DNA of 64,000 nt. Origin: Octopus sinensis (taxonomy: Eukaryota). Positions 40,898-54,596 of this stretch are shown here, piece by piece (the first letter of the stretch is position 1; each line of letters begins with the position of its first letter). The position numbers were made by a program, and so were the translations under genes. A model generated the notes under the pieces. That model had not been told where the DNA came from, ran no database searches, and saw only the letters and a program-made list of their open reading frames with translations. The stretch spans positions 1-64,000 of the forward strand of contig NW_021832979.1 in the NCBI RefSeq assembly GCF_006345805.1, given 5' to 3'.

Positions 40898-40922
40898 ATG
40901 TGTGTGTGTGTGTGTATGTATA

Positions 40923-40966
<44 letters not shown>

Positions 40967-41551
40967 GAGAGAGAGATCGAGAGAGAGAGAGAGAAAGAGA
41001 GAGAGTGTCCCGATATTTTTTTATATATGTGTACAGATGTACACTTGCAAAAAATGTTTGACCGTTAAATATATCTACACACGCTGATAAGCACACAAAC
41101 GCATACACATAGATACAAATACAACACAGTAATAACCACGCACACACTATACTCACAACCTACACGCATATATCTATAATATAATGCGAAGACAAAAAAT
41201 TACGAACAACATCATAAGAAGAAGAAAAGTAAAACATATATATATATATATATATAGATATATATATATATATATATTATATATATAGATATATATATAT
41301 CAAAGAAATATATATATAACAATAAATTATAGAACACCTATACTTGAAGAAACGATGGCGGAAAGCGAAACAAAAGACTCAATAATTATTCAAACAATAT
41401 GTTTAGGAAATATTGATTCTGTTTTTCCACATAAAAACAATGTAAGGGGATAAAATAGACCTTACGCAGAGTTATTGCTTTGTTATTAAATACGTAGTTT
41501 ACTGGCGTTTAAAGATGTAACTACCGAAATGGTTCACTACAAAATACTTAC

Positions 41552-41563
41552 CGCGGCAGCCAT
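41552..41563 (-). CDS. Candidate first coding micro-exon (MAAA) of an unidentified host gene
   Basis: Minus strand caaaATGGCTGCCGCG|GTAAGT with an A-rich leader; no downstream exon identified. Confidence 0.35.
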
Positions 41564-41851
41564 TTTGTTTTGTTATTGTTTGGGTAGCTTGTGTGCTTCG
41601 GATTTTATTTTGTATTTGTGTTATGTTTTTTTTGTATGTATTTTTCTGTTTGTTATATTTTCTGGGTTTTTTTCTTCTGGTTTTACATTTTTTATTTTGT
41701 TTTTATTTTTTATTTGTATCGTTTTTGTATTTGTCGCTTATTATTATCATTATTGTCATTCTTTTCTTCCTGAAATGACAGAAGCCAGTTTAAAAACCTG
41801 ATCCTTTGAAGAAGGCTTATGTATATGTTTGCGTATGTGAAACGTGTATAT

Positions 41852-41905
<54 letters not shown>

Positions 41906-41932
41906 ATGTATTATATGTATGTATGTTACTAT

Positions 41933-41964
<32 letters not shown>

Positions 41965-41982
41965 TACATACACACACACTCG

Positions 41983-42041
<59 letters not shown>

Positions 42042-42091
42042 TATAAGTATGTATATATATAAATACATACATATATATATATATATATATA

Positions 42092-43302
42092 TTATATAAA
42101 AGGGCTTAGTAAAATAATTACTTTGCCGCATACTGAACTCATTAGAAATAGCAGCTAAAAAACTTTTTTAAGCTATTTCTAATACTTAAAGAAAATCTCT
42201 CTCATATATAGTGTTTGCTTAATTCACTCACAAAAGTTTGGGGGTAAGGACATCAAAAATAAAAAATCAAATGCTAAGGTTATTTGAGAACGTACGTTTC
42301 AAGATTAGTCAAAAACACACTTCTATCATCAGCTCAGAAATTCCTTGGTTTTGATTTGGAAACACTGAAAATAAGAACATACCCTTACGAAGATCGCTCA
42401 TAACTAACAGTGTCAACAAATTCAAATAAGCAAGCGAAGAATCTCTGTTCTCCCCTTTCCACAGCGTGGGTTAAAATCATCAAACACTATCTTATTTCGG
42501 TAAAATCCGAAGCATTAATCAGAGGGAGATTAATTATAATTTCAACAATTGAGGGCAAATTAATTAATTATTAATCAATTTCACCAAGTGGTTCAGTATG
42601 CAAGGGACCATTCAGGCGAATTCAATTTTACATTATATAAAAGGGCTTAGTAAAATAAATTACTTGCCGCATACTGAACTCATTAGAAATAGCAGCTAAA
42701 AAACTTTTTTAAAACTATTTCTAATACTTAAAGAAAATCTCTCTCATATATAGTTTTGCTTAATTCAACTCACAAAAGTTTGGGGGTAAGGACATCGAAA
42801 AATCAATGCTAAGGTTATTTGAGAACGTACGTTTCAAGATTAGTCAAAAACAACACTTCTATCATCAGCTCAGAAATTCCTTGGTTTGGATTTGGAAACA
42901 CTGAAAATAAGAACATACCCTTATTTTCAGTGTTTCCAAATCCAAACCAAGGAATTTCTGAGCTGATGATAGAAGTGTTGTTTTGACTAATCTTGAAACG
43001 TACGTTCTCAAATAACCTTAGCATTTGAATTTTTTCGATGTCCTTACCCCCAAACTTTTGTGAGTTGATTAAGCAAACACTATATATGAGAGAGATTTTC
43101 TTTAAGTATTAGAAATAGCTTTAAAAAAGTTTTTTAGCTGCTATTTCTAATGAGTTCAGTATGCGGCAAGTAATTTATTTTTCCTAAGCCCTTTTATATA
43201 ATGTAATAATTTGAATTCGCCTTGAATGGTCCCTTTGCATACTGAACACTTGGTGAAATTGATTAATAATTAATTAATTTTTGCCCTCAATTGTTGAAAT
43301 TT
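42092..43302. mobile_element. Retrozyme-like 535-bp tandem hammerhead repeat with ~380-bp terminal fold-back
   Basis: Units start ~42092 and ~42630; inversion centre 42912-42919; hammerheads 42285-42336 (-), 42820-42872 (-), 42959-43010 (+); (TA)n flanks. Confidence 0.8.
42959..43010 (+). ncRNA. Type I hammerhead motif with palindromic stem III
   Basis: UGAG-CUGAUGA-U-AGA...UCU-U-GAAAC-GUAC-GUU-CUCA; the 10.1-11.1 pair is U-U (non-canonical). Confidence 0.65.
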
Positions 43303-43419
43303 ATATATAGTTATATATATATATATATATCCTATTCTTCATAGATACATGTATATATAAAACGAGAGAAAGAGAGGTGAGACATGCCTAAGCATATATG
43401 TATATTCAAAAATGACATG

Positions 43420-43454
<35 letters not shown>

Positions 43455-43458
<4 letters not shown>

Positions 43459-43660
43459 AATCCAAACGGGAAACAAAAAAACAACAACAATGGAACAATT
43501 ACAGTATTATTATTAATAGGCGCTCAGGAAAAGGAAGCAGGGAGGTATGACGTTTCGAGCGGAGCTCTTCGTCGGAAACATAAAGAAGGAAGAGAGAGGA
43601 AAGAAAGATCCCAGAGCGGGCAACAGGGAAAGAGAAAAAACGACTTGTGGTTACGAGTTG
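43455..43660 (-). mobile_element. Family H3 copy with minimal hammerhead-like motif (43546-43578)
   Basis: Minus strand CCGACGA-A-GAGC-ucc-GCUC-GAAAC-GUC; homologous to 6428-6625. Confidence 0.55.
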
Positions 43661-44997
43661 CACATGTGTAAAGGCGGATGTTTACGAAAACAGAGCAAAG
43701 TGGGTTTTTAAAGGCAAAAGAGTGGAGACAAGGTTGGTAACGCAACCGATGTGGTGTGTGGTGTGAGTGTGTGCGTGTGCGTGTGGTGTATGTGTGTTGT
43801 GAGGCGAGATGAAAAAACAAAAATATAATGTGTTGTTTAGTGTGTGCGTCTGTGTGTAGGTGTGTGAGGTAGGGCGAGATAGTGGTCAGCTTAGCAGACA
43901 AAGGTCAGTAGTAAGAAAAAGAAGGAAGGAGGAAGGGAGGGAGGGAAGGGGGGTGGGGGCGTATGTAGCGTGCCAGCGTTTTTGAAGTAGTAGTGTGTGT
44001 GTGTGTCCAGTGTCGTGGTGGTATAAATGGCGAGTAGATTAATGGTGTGTAAGAGTAATCATATATTTAAGCAATGTTGTATATGTGTGCGCGTGTGTGT
44101 AACGAAAAAGGGGGGGTTAAGGAAAAAGGACTCCAGCTGAGGGGAAGATGGAAGAGTGGTCCCGCGGAGGCGGGCGTGGAAAACCCAACGACACGCGACG
44201 GTCCCAGGAACGGGCGGGAGGTCTTGTCGGTTCCAAGAGCGAGGTGCCTGCGGAGCGTATGCGTACGCGAACCGGCGCAAGCGCGTGCGTGCGCGAGCCT
44301 GCGAGTATGTGCGTAAGTATGTATGTGTGTGGATGTGTGAGTGTGTCTCTGTGTATGTCCGGGTGGCAGTGTGTCCGATGAATGTATGTGAGTATGTGTG
44401 TATGTATGTGTGTGCATAGATGTATGTCCGTGTGTGTGTGTGTGTATGTGTGTGAGTGTGTATGTATGTACGTGTGGGTGTGGGGAAGTGTGTGTATGTG
44501 CATGTGTGTGCGCGTACATACAGGTGTGTGAGTGAGTGTGTGTGTGTATGTATGTGTGAGTGTGTATGTATGTGTGTGTAGGATGCATGTATGTGTATGG
44601 GTGTATGTATGCGTGTGTGTATGTATGTATGTGTACGTGCGTGTGTGTGTGTGGCTGTGTAGGTGTGTGTGTGTATGAATGTAAGTGTGTGTGTATACAA
44701 GTGTAATGTATGTATGTAGGTGTGTGTGTGTGTGTATGTGTACGTGTGCGTGTGTATGTGTGTGTGTGTATGTATGTGTGTGGATGTGTGAGTGTGTCTC
44801 TGTGTATGTCCGGGTGGCAGTGTGTCCGATGAATGTATGTGAGTATGTGTGTATGTATGTATGTGGGTAGGGATGCATGCGAGTGTGTGGGTATGTATGC
44901 ATACATACGCACGCGCACATCCGAAGCAAGCCCACACACACGAAGCGCGCCCACGCACACAACGCACAAGCAGTACCACGCAAGCCCAAGGGGCCGA

Positions 44998-45051
<54 letters not shown>

Positions 45052-46255
45052 TGTATATATTATATATGAAGTAAGTACATTTTATTATATATATTATCTA
45101 TTTATTATGTTCATACAACATATAAGTTAAATTTTATATGTAGTGTATATATTATATTATATTATATTATATTATATTATATTATATTATATATATTATA
45201 AATATATGTACCTATTTTTATTACCTTTCTCGGGTTTCACGCATTAGACTACAGCCATGCGGCCACTCAGCCTTCAAGAGTTTTAGCCGAATGAATCCGT
45301 GACTGAAATGTGTTAAAGAATAAAAGAATAAAAGAATAAATGAATATAATTAAAATTTTAGTGAGGTAGAATATGATTATAAATGTTGACATTGTGTTAA
45401 ATATATAAGCTATATAATTCAGTGTAGAGCTATCAACTCAATGCAAGGACACATCTTTGCTGTTGTATCCTGTGTTGCCTGGCATTTCCCGTCTTACAAC
45501 ATAGTCCTTCATCTAAAAAATCTCGACGGAGGAAAGCCAAAGGTACCTCAATACCTACAGACACCACAGATTACCTCTTTTGAAGCCTGAGCAATCTAAC
45601 CATTTTTCCTGCGGCCTCTATGCTATTCTCGATGATTCAGTAACGTACCTAGGGCAGGAGGGGCGAGAAGAACCCTCTGTCCCCCGCGATGATTTTACGG
45701 CGTGAATTACTGTGACTTTTAGGAATAGGATGCCCGGAAAGGTACATTTTAACTACACATTCTCACTGTAGTAGAAGACACATGCCCAAGGTGCCATGCA
45801 GTGAAACTGAATCCGAACCGTGTGGTTGGGAAGCAATCATCTTACCACACAGCTACCTCTTCGCTTTATACAAACACATATTTTATAACACGTCTTCTGA
45901 GACTTAATGAGGAAGTGGCTTATACAAGTAGTGAGCGGTAATATGGTATGCTATATTAAGCGTAGGAGTTACAAGTATAGTACGGCATAAAATGCAGTTG
46001 TGTGTGGCACGTAATTTAGCTACAATACTGCGATGACTCTTATTGCCATTCGTATCATTATTTTTCTTGTCCAGGGGGGAACAAAGATTTTAACCTGAGG
46101 GAGACTTGCGAAACTTTGACAAACTCCACTTGAAAGACGATATGCAGACATACGTACATACTTACATACTCTTTTACTCTTTTATTTTTTTCACTCATTT
46201 GACTGCGGCCATGATGGAATCCTCGTCGTCGTAACCGACGGAATGCCACGGTGTG

Positions 46256-46286
<31 letters not shown>

Positions 46287-46916
46287 CTAGGATGTAAGGC
46301 AAAGTCGACCTCGGCGGAATTTGAACTCAGAATGTAGCGGCAGACGAAATACTGCTAAGCATTTCGCCCGGCGTGCTAACGTTTCTGCCAGCTCACCGCC
46401 CTCAGTACGACATAAACTACAATGAAAATAGGTTTACACATGAATAAGTTTGAATTATTTAAGCAAAATACTCGTTGATAAATAAACATTGATTTTACTG
46501 CTGTTATATGTTTTCGGAAAGAAAACTTTTAGATAATATGTACGTCATCGAATTTGTGCTTTGAGTTGTGTTAGAAGAATAGCGTGATAGTTGACGTAAG
46601 AACGCCATAGTTGAAGGTAGAGGTGTCTTTGCGAAATGCGGAGGAAGAATGAGAATGGAATTTGGATTTACAGATTGATAGTTGTGCTATTAAGATAACC
46701 AAATTTTAATATTATTGTGTGTTTAGGGAAATTGGTTTCGAATTAAGAGTAATTATGTTGCTACGTTAACGGTTAATTTTATATATTTATTTATATATGT
46801 TAATTTCTGAAAGTACGAGATTATTGGAGGTTAAATATTTTTATAATGGCGTACTGTGTTGTAAAGAAGTTGATTAGAAATCAGTGTATGTGTACTTTAC
46901 GTGTAAAGTGAATTTA

Positions 46917-46985
<69 letters not shown>

Positions 46986-47035
46986 GTAATAATAACAATA
47001 ATAATAATAATAATAATGATAATAATAATGATAAT

Positions 47036-47197
47036 AAAGAAAATTGCACTACTAGGTACTGCACACATCCTACGCAGAACACTTTCCATACAATAACCAT
47101 CAGAGCATCACATCAAATCACAGCACATACCCAAGGCACACTGAGCTGCGCTCGGTAGTGAAGTGAAAGCTCGCTATAAAAATAAAACTACTGAATG

Positions 47198-47248
<51 letters not shown>

Positions 47249-47473
47249 TAATAATAATAACAATAATAATAATAATAATAATAACAAAAACACCAGGACT
47301 TACAAATACATATAACATACAGAAAATTGCAGTACTAGGCAGTGCACACATCTTACGCAGAACACTTTCCATACAATAACCATCAGAGCATCACAACAAA
47401 TCACAGCACATACCCAAGGCACACAGAGCTGCGCTCGGTAGTGAAGTGAAAGCACGCTATAAAAATAAAACTA

Positions 47474-47510
<37 letters not shown>

Positions 47511-47550
47511 TAATATAATAATAATAATAATAATAATAAATAATAATGAT

Positions 47551-47596
<46 letters not shown>

Positions 47597-47609
47597 TAAC
47601 AACAATAAC

Positions 47610-47686
<77 letters not shown>

Positions 47687-47884
47687 AATAATAAAAACAC
47701 CAGGACTTACAAACACATACAACACACAGAAAATCGTACTACTGGGCACTGCACACATCCTACGCAAAACATTTTCAATACAGTAACCATAAGAGCATTA
47801 CAACAAACCACAACACATACCCAAGGCACACAGAGCTGCGCTCCGTAGTGAAGTGAAAGCACGATATATAAAAAAACACTGAAT
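47036..47884 (+). mobile_element. Three 5'-truncated R4/Dong-like non-LTR 3' ends within a (TAA)n tract
   Basis: Copies ~47036-47196, 47281-47479 and 47691-47884 encode (KTPGLTNTYN)IQKIAVLGSAHILRRTLSIQ*; each is flanked by (TAA)n. Confidence 0.75.
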
Positions 47885-47921
47885 AATAATGATAATAATA
47901 ATAATGATAATAATAATAATG

Positions 47922-47977
<56 letters not shown>

Positions 47978-48004
47978 TAATAATAATGATAATAATTATA
48001 GTGA

Positions 48005-48625
48005 TTTCAAATTTCGGCACAAGGGCAGCAGTTTTGCAGGGAGGAGATGAGTTGATTATATCGACCCCAGTGTACAACTGGTACTTATTTTATCGACCCC
48101 GAAAGGATGAAAGGTAAAGTCGACCTCGGTGGAATTTGAACTCAGAATATAGCGACCGGCGAAATACCTATTTCTTTACTGCCTACGTGGGGATACATAC
48201 AGAGGGGACATACAATGACAGACAAAGGGATTAAGTCGATTATATCGACCCCAGTGCGTAACTGGTACTTAATTTATCGACCCCGAAAGGATGAAAGGCA
48301 AAGTCGACCTCGGCTGTATTTGAACTCAGAACGTAGCGGCAGACGAAATACCGCTACGCATTTCGCCCGATGTTAGTTTATTTACCTCCCTGTAACTTAA
48401 CAGTTCGACAAAAAATTCTACAGCATTAGTACTAAGCTTTAAAATAGTATTAGAATCGTTAGCACCATGGATGAAATGCTTAGCGGCATTTCGTCCGTCT
48501 TTACGTTCTGATTTCAAATTCCACCGAGTTTGACTTAACCTATCATGCTTTCGGGGTCGAGAAATTAAGCACCAGTGAAAAATTGGGGTCGACGTAATCG
48601 ACTAATCCCCTCGCCAAAGCTTTCA
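48005..48625. mobile_element. SINE family A dimer (-) and a further copy (+)
   Basis: Core and head motifs as at 11421-11800. Confidence 0.8.
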
Positions 48626-48648
48626 GGTCATGTGCCTTCAGTAGAAAA

Positions 48649-48709
<61 letters not shown>

Positions 48710-48716
48710 GCTGTTG

Positions 48717-48757
<41 letters not shown>

Positions 48758-49983
48758 GCTGTTGTTGTTATTATTATTATTATTATATTATTATTATTAT
48801 TATTATTATTATTTATTATTATTATTATTATTCTTTGATATCTTACTGTTAGCTTTGTTTCATTTTGAAAAATAAAAAAATAACATTTTGTGGTTTGTTA
48901 CTGTTTATACTGTGAATTACATATATATGTGGGGTCACCAACGTCTTTTAAGTGCTTAGGGCCTCTATGAATCTTAATACAGCAATGCAACGTGTCTGAT
49001 ATGTTTATTGTTGTTGTCTGTGCTAAATAAACGAAATTTTGAAATTTAAATGAGAAAATTAATAATTGTATTGTATTTTAATAATTACATCGCAAAACTT
49101 TTCGACATATGTCTGTCTAGCCAGCCATTTCAAATACTTCAAGAAAACACTTGCATTTATGTGAACTTTTACCGTTCTTGGGAAATGACAATGCGACAAC
49201 GCTATAGAAGTTTGACACACAGACCATTAATAGCAACACATCATAAATCTGACAGCATTTTCCAATGGAAAAATATGACAATAGCATACTAATTATGATC
49301 ATAGCAATGCCAAATGAATATAATGTGCAGAAGCAAGTTGAAAAGCTATTGAATTACACTGGCCCAGCAGATGAATTAAAATGTTAATAATAATAATAAT
49401 AACAACAACAGCAAAAATACAACAATAGTAATAATGCTGACAACAACAACATTAATAAAATGGTAAAGATATGAATCTATTATCACAAGTGTAAGCGGCA
49501 CAACTTGAGTGATACATAATGATGTCTGTAAAGATGATTACATGTTATTAATAAATTTCAGATATTGTATTTGAAGCCGAAGGTGTGTGGATGATACTGT
49601 TGCCGAATTTCCTCACGACTGGTGGCGTTTGGAAGCAGCGTGACAATATATAACGTCTGAACCACTCCTATACATGTGTGTGGCTCATACACTCTTCTCC
49701 ATACACTTTCTGCAACCTTGCGTCGGCCTCTATGCAGGTATCGCCATGACAACTCTCTTTGTCATGGTCAATGCAACGATCACACGCTACACACCTTCCT
49801 TCCAAGCACTGCTGTAAACAGCGGAAGTGATCTAGTACGTTAAAACTTAGTGCACATGCACAGCATAGTTGAAGTTCAGTCTTTTCCTATCGACTTTACT
49901 CTGCATGCTTCAGCTTCGTTACTATGTCAACAGACCGGATACTTATTGATAAGACCTCGTATAATAGTTAAATTCTCAGTATA

Positions 49984-50145
49984 GGCGCAGGAGTGGCTGT
50001 GTGGTAAGTAGCTTGCTAACCAACCACATAGTTCCGGGTTCAGTCACACTGCGTGGCATCTTGGGTAAAAGTCTTCTGCTATAGCCCCGGGCCGACCAAT
50101 GCCTTGTGAGTGGATTTGGTAGACGGAAACTGAAAGAAGCCTGTC

Positions 50146-50209
<64 letters not shown>

Positions 50210-50432
50210 GTATGTGTGTGTATGTGTTTGTGGGTCTGTGTTGTCCCCCTAGCATTGCTTGACAACCGATGCTGGTGTGTTTACGTCCCCGTCACCTAGC
50301 GGTTCAGCAAAAGAGACCGATAGAATAAGTACTGGGCTTACAAAGAATAAGTCCCGGGGTCGATTTGATCGACTAAAGGCATGGCCACAGTGAAATGACT
50401 GAAACAAGTAAAAGAGTAAAGAGTAAAGAGAG
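49984..50432 (+). mobile_element. Full-length SINE family B with internal (TA)n
   Basis: tRNA-like head (tggctgtgtgg A box, gggttcagtc B box), CORE-like cttggg segment, internal (TA)n, gtcga stem-loop, (AAGAGTA)n tail. Confidence 0.9.
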
Positions 50433-51171
50433 AATATATATTTGGTATAGTTGAAAGGAAAAAAAACAGAGATGATGGCCACGGATGGAACGTCTTTGAT
50501 CTAAAGATTAAGCAACCATAACAACAACATTGGAAACAATAACTCGAAGAGTATAATCGATGCAACTAGTGTGAACTGGTTGACAGATAAGTTTAAAGTG
50601 CAAGATAGTTACATGTACGTATATTGTGTATATCTATGTATGAGTATATATATATGTGTATGTATGAGTCCGTATGTATTATAGTGTGTGTGTGTGTGTG
50701 TGAGCATATAGAACTATGTGTGAGTGTGTGTGTGCATATATAGAAATATGTGTGTGTAAGTTTGTGTGTTTGTGTGTGTGTACACACAAATATCGATGAT
50801 TGTCAGATACGGGTATGTGCGTATGTGTGTGCATGTGTGTGTATATGAGTGTTTGAGTCCGTGTGTGTGTGTGTGTGTGCGCACAGAATTATTGATGATT
50901 GTCAAATATTCCAGTCACTATCTCCTGGGGTTGTAATTTCTATTTCTATGTTTAAGCACGAATGGTGTTCCATAAATTGGCTAAATATTAATAATCATAA
51001 ACACTCATGCACACGCATATGCACACACACACACACACAGACACAAACATATACATAGACACACATACACACACAGAGGTATATATATGAAAATGTAAGA
51101 GAGAGAGAGAGAGAGACAGTGAGAGAGAGAGAGAGACCTACAACCAAATCTACTCAATTCCGCAGCAGCAG

Positions 51172-51468
<297 letters not shown>

Positions 51469-52010
51469 CTTTCTACGATAGGCAAAAGGCCTGAAATTTG
51501 GGGGAGAGGTATAGTTCATAACACAATTTTGGGGATTTTGTAAATAAATATATTTAAACTTGTGATTTCGCCGCTGCCTGCTTATATGTGTGTGTTTGTT
51601 GTGTTTGTGTGTGTGAGTGTGTGCGCGCGCGTGTGTATGTGTGTGTGTGTGTGTGTGTACCAAAATACTACCAAGCTATTTGTCGGTCCGGGACTATATT
51701 CGATGAAACCTATTCAAAGTGTCACGCACTGGGATAGAACTAGAAGACCACATCGTTGCTATGCAAATTTCTTCGCTACACTACCATGGCCACACCTCTA
51801 TGGCCCTTACTTGCGCCGGAACGAGCACACACATATAGACAATGTATATATATATATTTAAGAGATGAGGAGATATGTACATTATTTACATTAGTTACAT
51901 TATTTACATATACCCTCCAGCCTTCATCAATTGCTTGGGGGAAATTTCGAACCACTACGCCATGTGCTCGAGGGCAATTATGGAGTGAGTTTAGATTTAT
52001 AAGGCCTAAC

Positions 52011-52077
<67 letters not shown>

Positions 52078-52706
52078 CAACATCGAAAACATTTTCGAAC
52101 TTTCCCCCAAAACACTCTATACGATCTATTTACTCTTTTGCTTTTCTCTTTCTCTCCCTTCTTATTCTTTTACCCCCTCTTGTTCCACTATTCTATCCTA
52201 TTACTCTGTCATTCTCTCTCTCTCACTCCTCCTCCCTTGCTCAAGTGACTCCCACGTGACCATCGGCCATCTTTCTTTCTTCTCCTAACTTGTATTTCTT
52301 TCTTTCTCTCTGTTGTAGCTGGAGCAAGGAAGAAGTGTTCTTGTCTGTCTCCTGTCAAAGCTCGATTTACGTGTTTGCCACCACAACCTCGCTTAGGCTT
52401 AGCAGCCATTGCTGCTTGCTTTTACTGTCCTGTTTGTGTTACCAATTTTGACCCTCCGCAAAATTCCAAATTTTATTTAATTTGCTTCACGGGAGCAACT
52501 GTTTTATCGAGAGCGAATAATGTTGTTAAATGCTCGAAATACGAGACTAGAAAACAGCCAACAACTGATGAAGGGTCGTTCTTTATGTTGTTTGTCTTCT
52601 TTTCCATTTGTGTCTTTCGTGGTTCGAAAAAATAGTTCATATTCCATGCACTCGTACTTAGTATTTTTTTTGTTGTACACGTTTCGTGACGTCCTGTGCC
52701 CACATA

Positions 52707-52753
<47 letters not shown>

Positions 52754-53332
52754 TGTACATATACGTAAGTATAAATACATGTATATATTATTACATTATA
52801 AGTATATATATATATATATATAGGAAATGATGTGTGTATGTATGTATGTATATACACACACACGCAGACACATACATGTATGTGATATGTTTGGAATGAT
52901 ATATTCTTTTGTTTGTTAAAAATATCCATGATACTAGTTTCACGACGTGACTACAGAACACGTACAATAATGCAGTATGTATACATATATATATAATATT
53001 TTTTTCTTATATAATTTAGAGTATGTTCTTCTTTTTTTAGTTGCTTCCTCTGTCAACTACTGCCATATTTCAATATTATAACTTACTTTTTCTAGAATAT
53101 CTTTTACCAGTTCTTCTTTATTATTTTTTATTATTTTTAATTATAATTCCTCAAATGTGATTGTTGTAACGTTACGTTTCATTACTTTTGAACTGCTCAC
53201 ATCTTACTTTGCGCATTCTCGAAGAATTATTGCTGTTGCTATCAGTTACTGCTTTGGTTGTTGCTGCTGCAGCTGCGTCTCCCACTACTGCAACTGCTGC
53301 TGCTACTACTACTACAACCACTGCTGCTGCTG

Positions 53333-53368
<36 letters not shown>

Positions 53369-53554
53369 ATACTAGTGATTGAAAATATTATTTATTTACG
53401 CTCATTCACACATATCTACATATATATATATCTACGTATGTATATATGCACTTGTGTATCTCAGTCTCTATGTATCTATCTATTTTTCTCTCTCTCTCTA
53501 TCTGTTTGTATGTCTGCCTGTGTGTTTGTCTGTCTGTCTGTGTGCTTGGTCTGC

Positions 53555-53631
<77 letters not shown>

Positions 53632-53640
53632 AATCTATCA

Positions 53641-53688
<48 letters not shown>

Positions 53689-53770
53689 GTCTGTCTGTCC
53701 ATCTTTCTACATGTCTTTCTGTCTGTCTGCGTGTCTGTCTGTCCGCCTCTCTCTCTCTCTCTGTCTCAGA

Positions 53771-53801
<31 letters not shown>

Positions 53802-53973
53802 CATATATATGTATATATATACATACATATATATTATATATATATATATATATATAATTCTTTTTTCTTTTGTCTATCAGCCTTTGTCTCACACTCTCAC
53901 GCTATCTGTTTCATACATACACACATCCATACACCTACCTACACACACATTTACATACATACACACACACACA

Positions 53974-54004
<31 letters not shown>

Positions 54005-54287
54005 ATACACATACATACATACATGTGTACACCTAAACACGTACACCTAAATCATGCGCGTAGGTGTATATATGCATTTATATATGAGAAATTTACATAC
54101 ATACCTATGTGTATGTAGTTTTGAGTGTGTGTGTGTGAGAGTGTGGATGTGTGTGTGTGTGTGTTTGTGTGCGTGCGCGCGCATATAAGCTGTCTACTTT
54201 GATTTTAGCTGCTTTTATCTTAACAACTCTATGCTTGTGAAACATCTGCCTCTTACATTTACCGCACTTACGTCTCAATCTTGATTG

Positions 54288-54358
<71 letters not shown>

Positions 54359-54438
54359 CTATATTATATATATATACAGTATATATAATATATATATATT
54401 ATACACATATATATATATATTATATTATATATATATAT

Positions 54439-54482
<44 letters not shown>

Positions 54483-54553
54483 AATGCATATATCTATCAG
54501 TCTCTCTCTATATATATATCTGTGTATGTAGGTATGAATGTGTGTATGGACAA

Positions 54554-54596
<43 letters not shown>

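Noticed and set aside
47036-47884. Repeat-spacer-like periodicity suggesting a CRISPR-type array
   Set aside because: The units are ~190-bp retrotransposon tails separated by (TAA)n in a eukaryotic context; no cas genes or unique spacers.
49558-49970. Possible degraded RTE C-terminus (KVDRKRLN.YAVHV...WKEG)
   Set aside because: Too many stops and shifts to call confidently without alignment.
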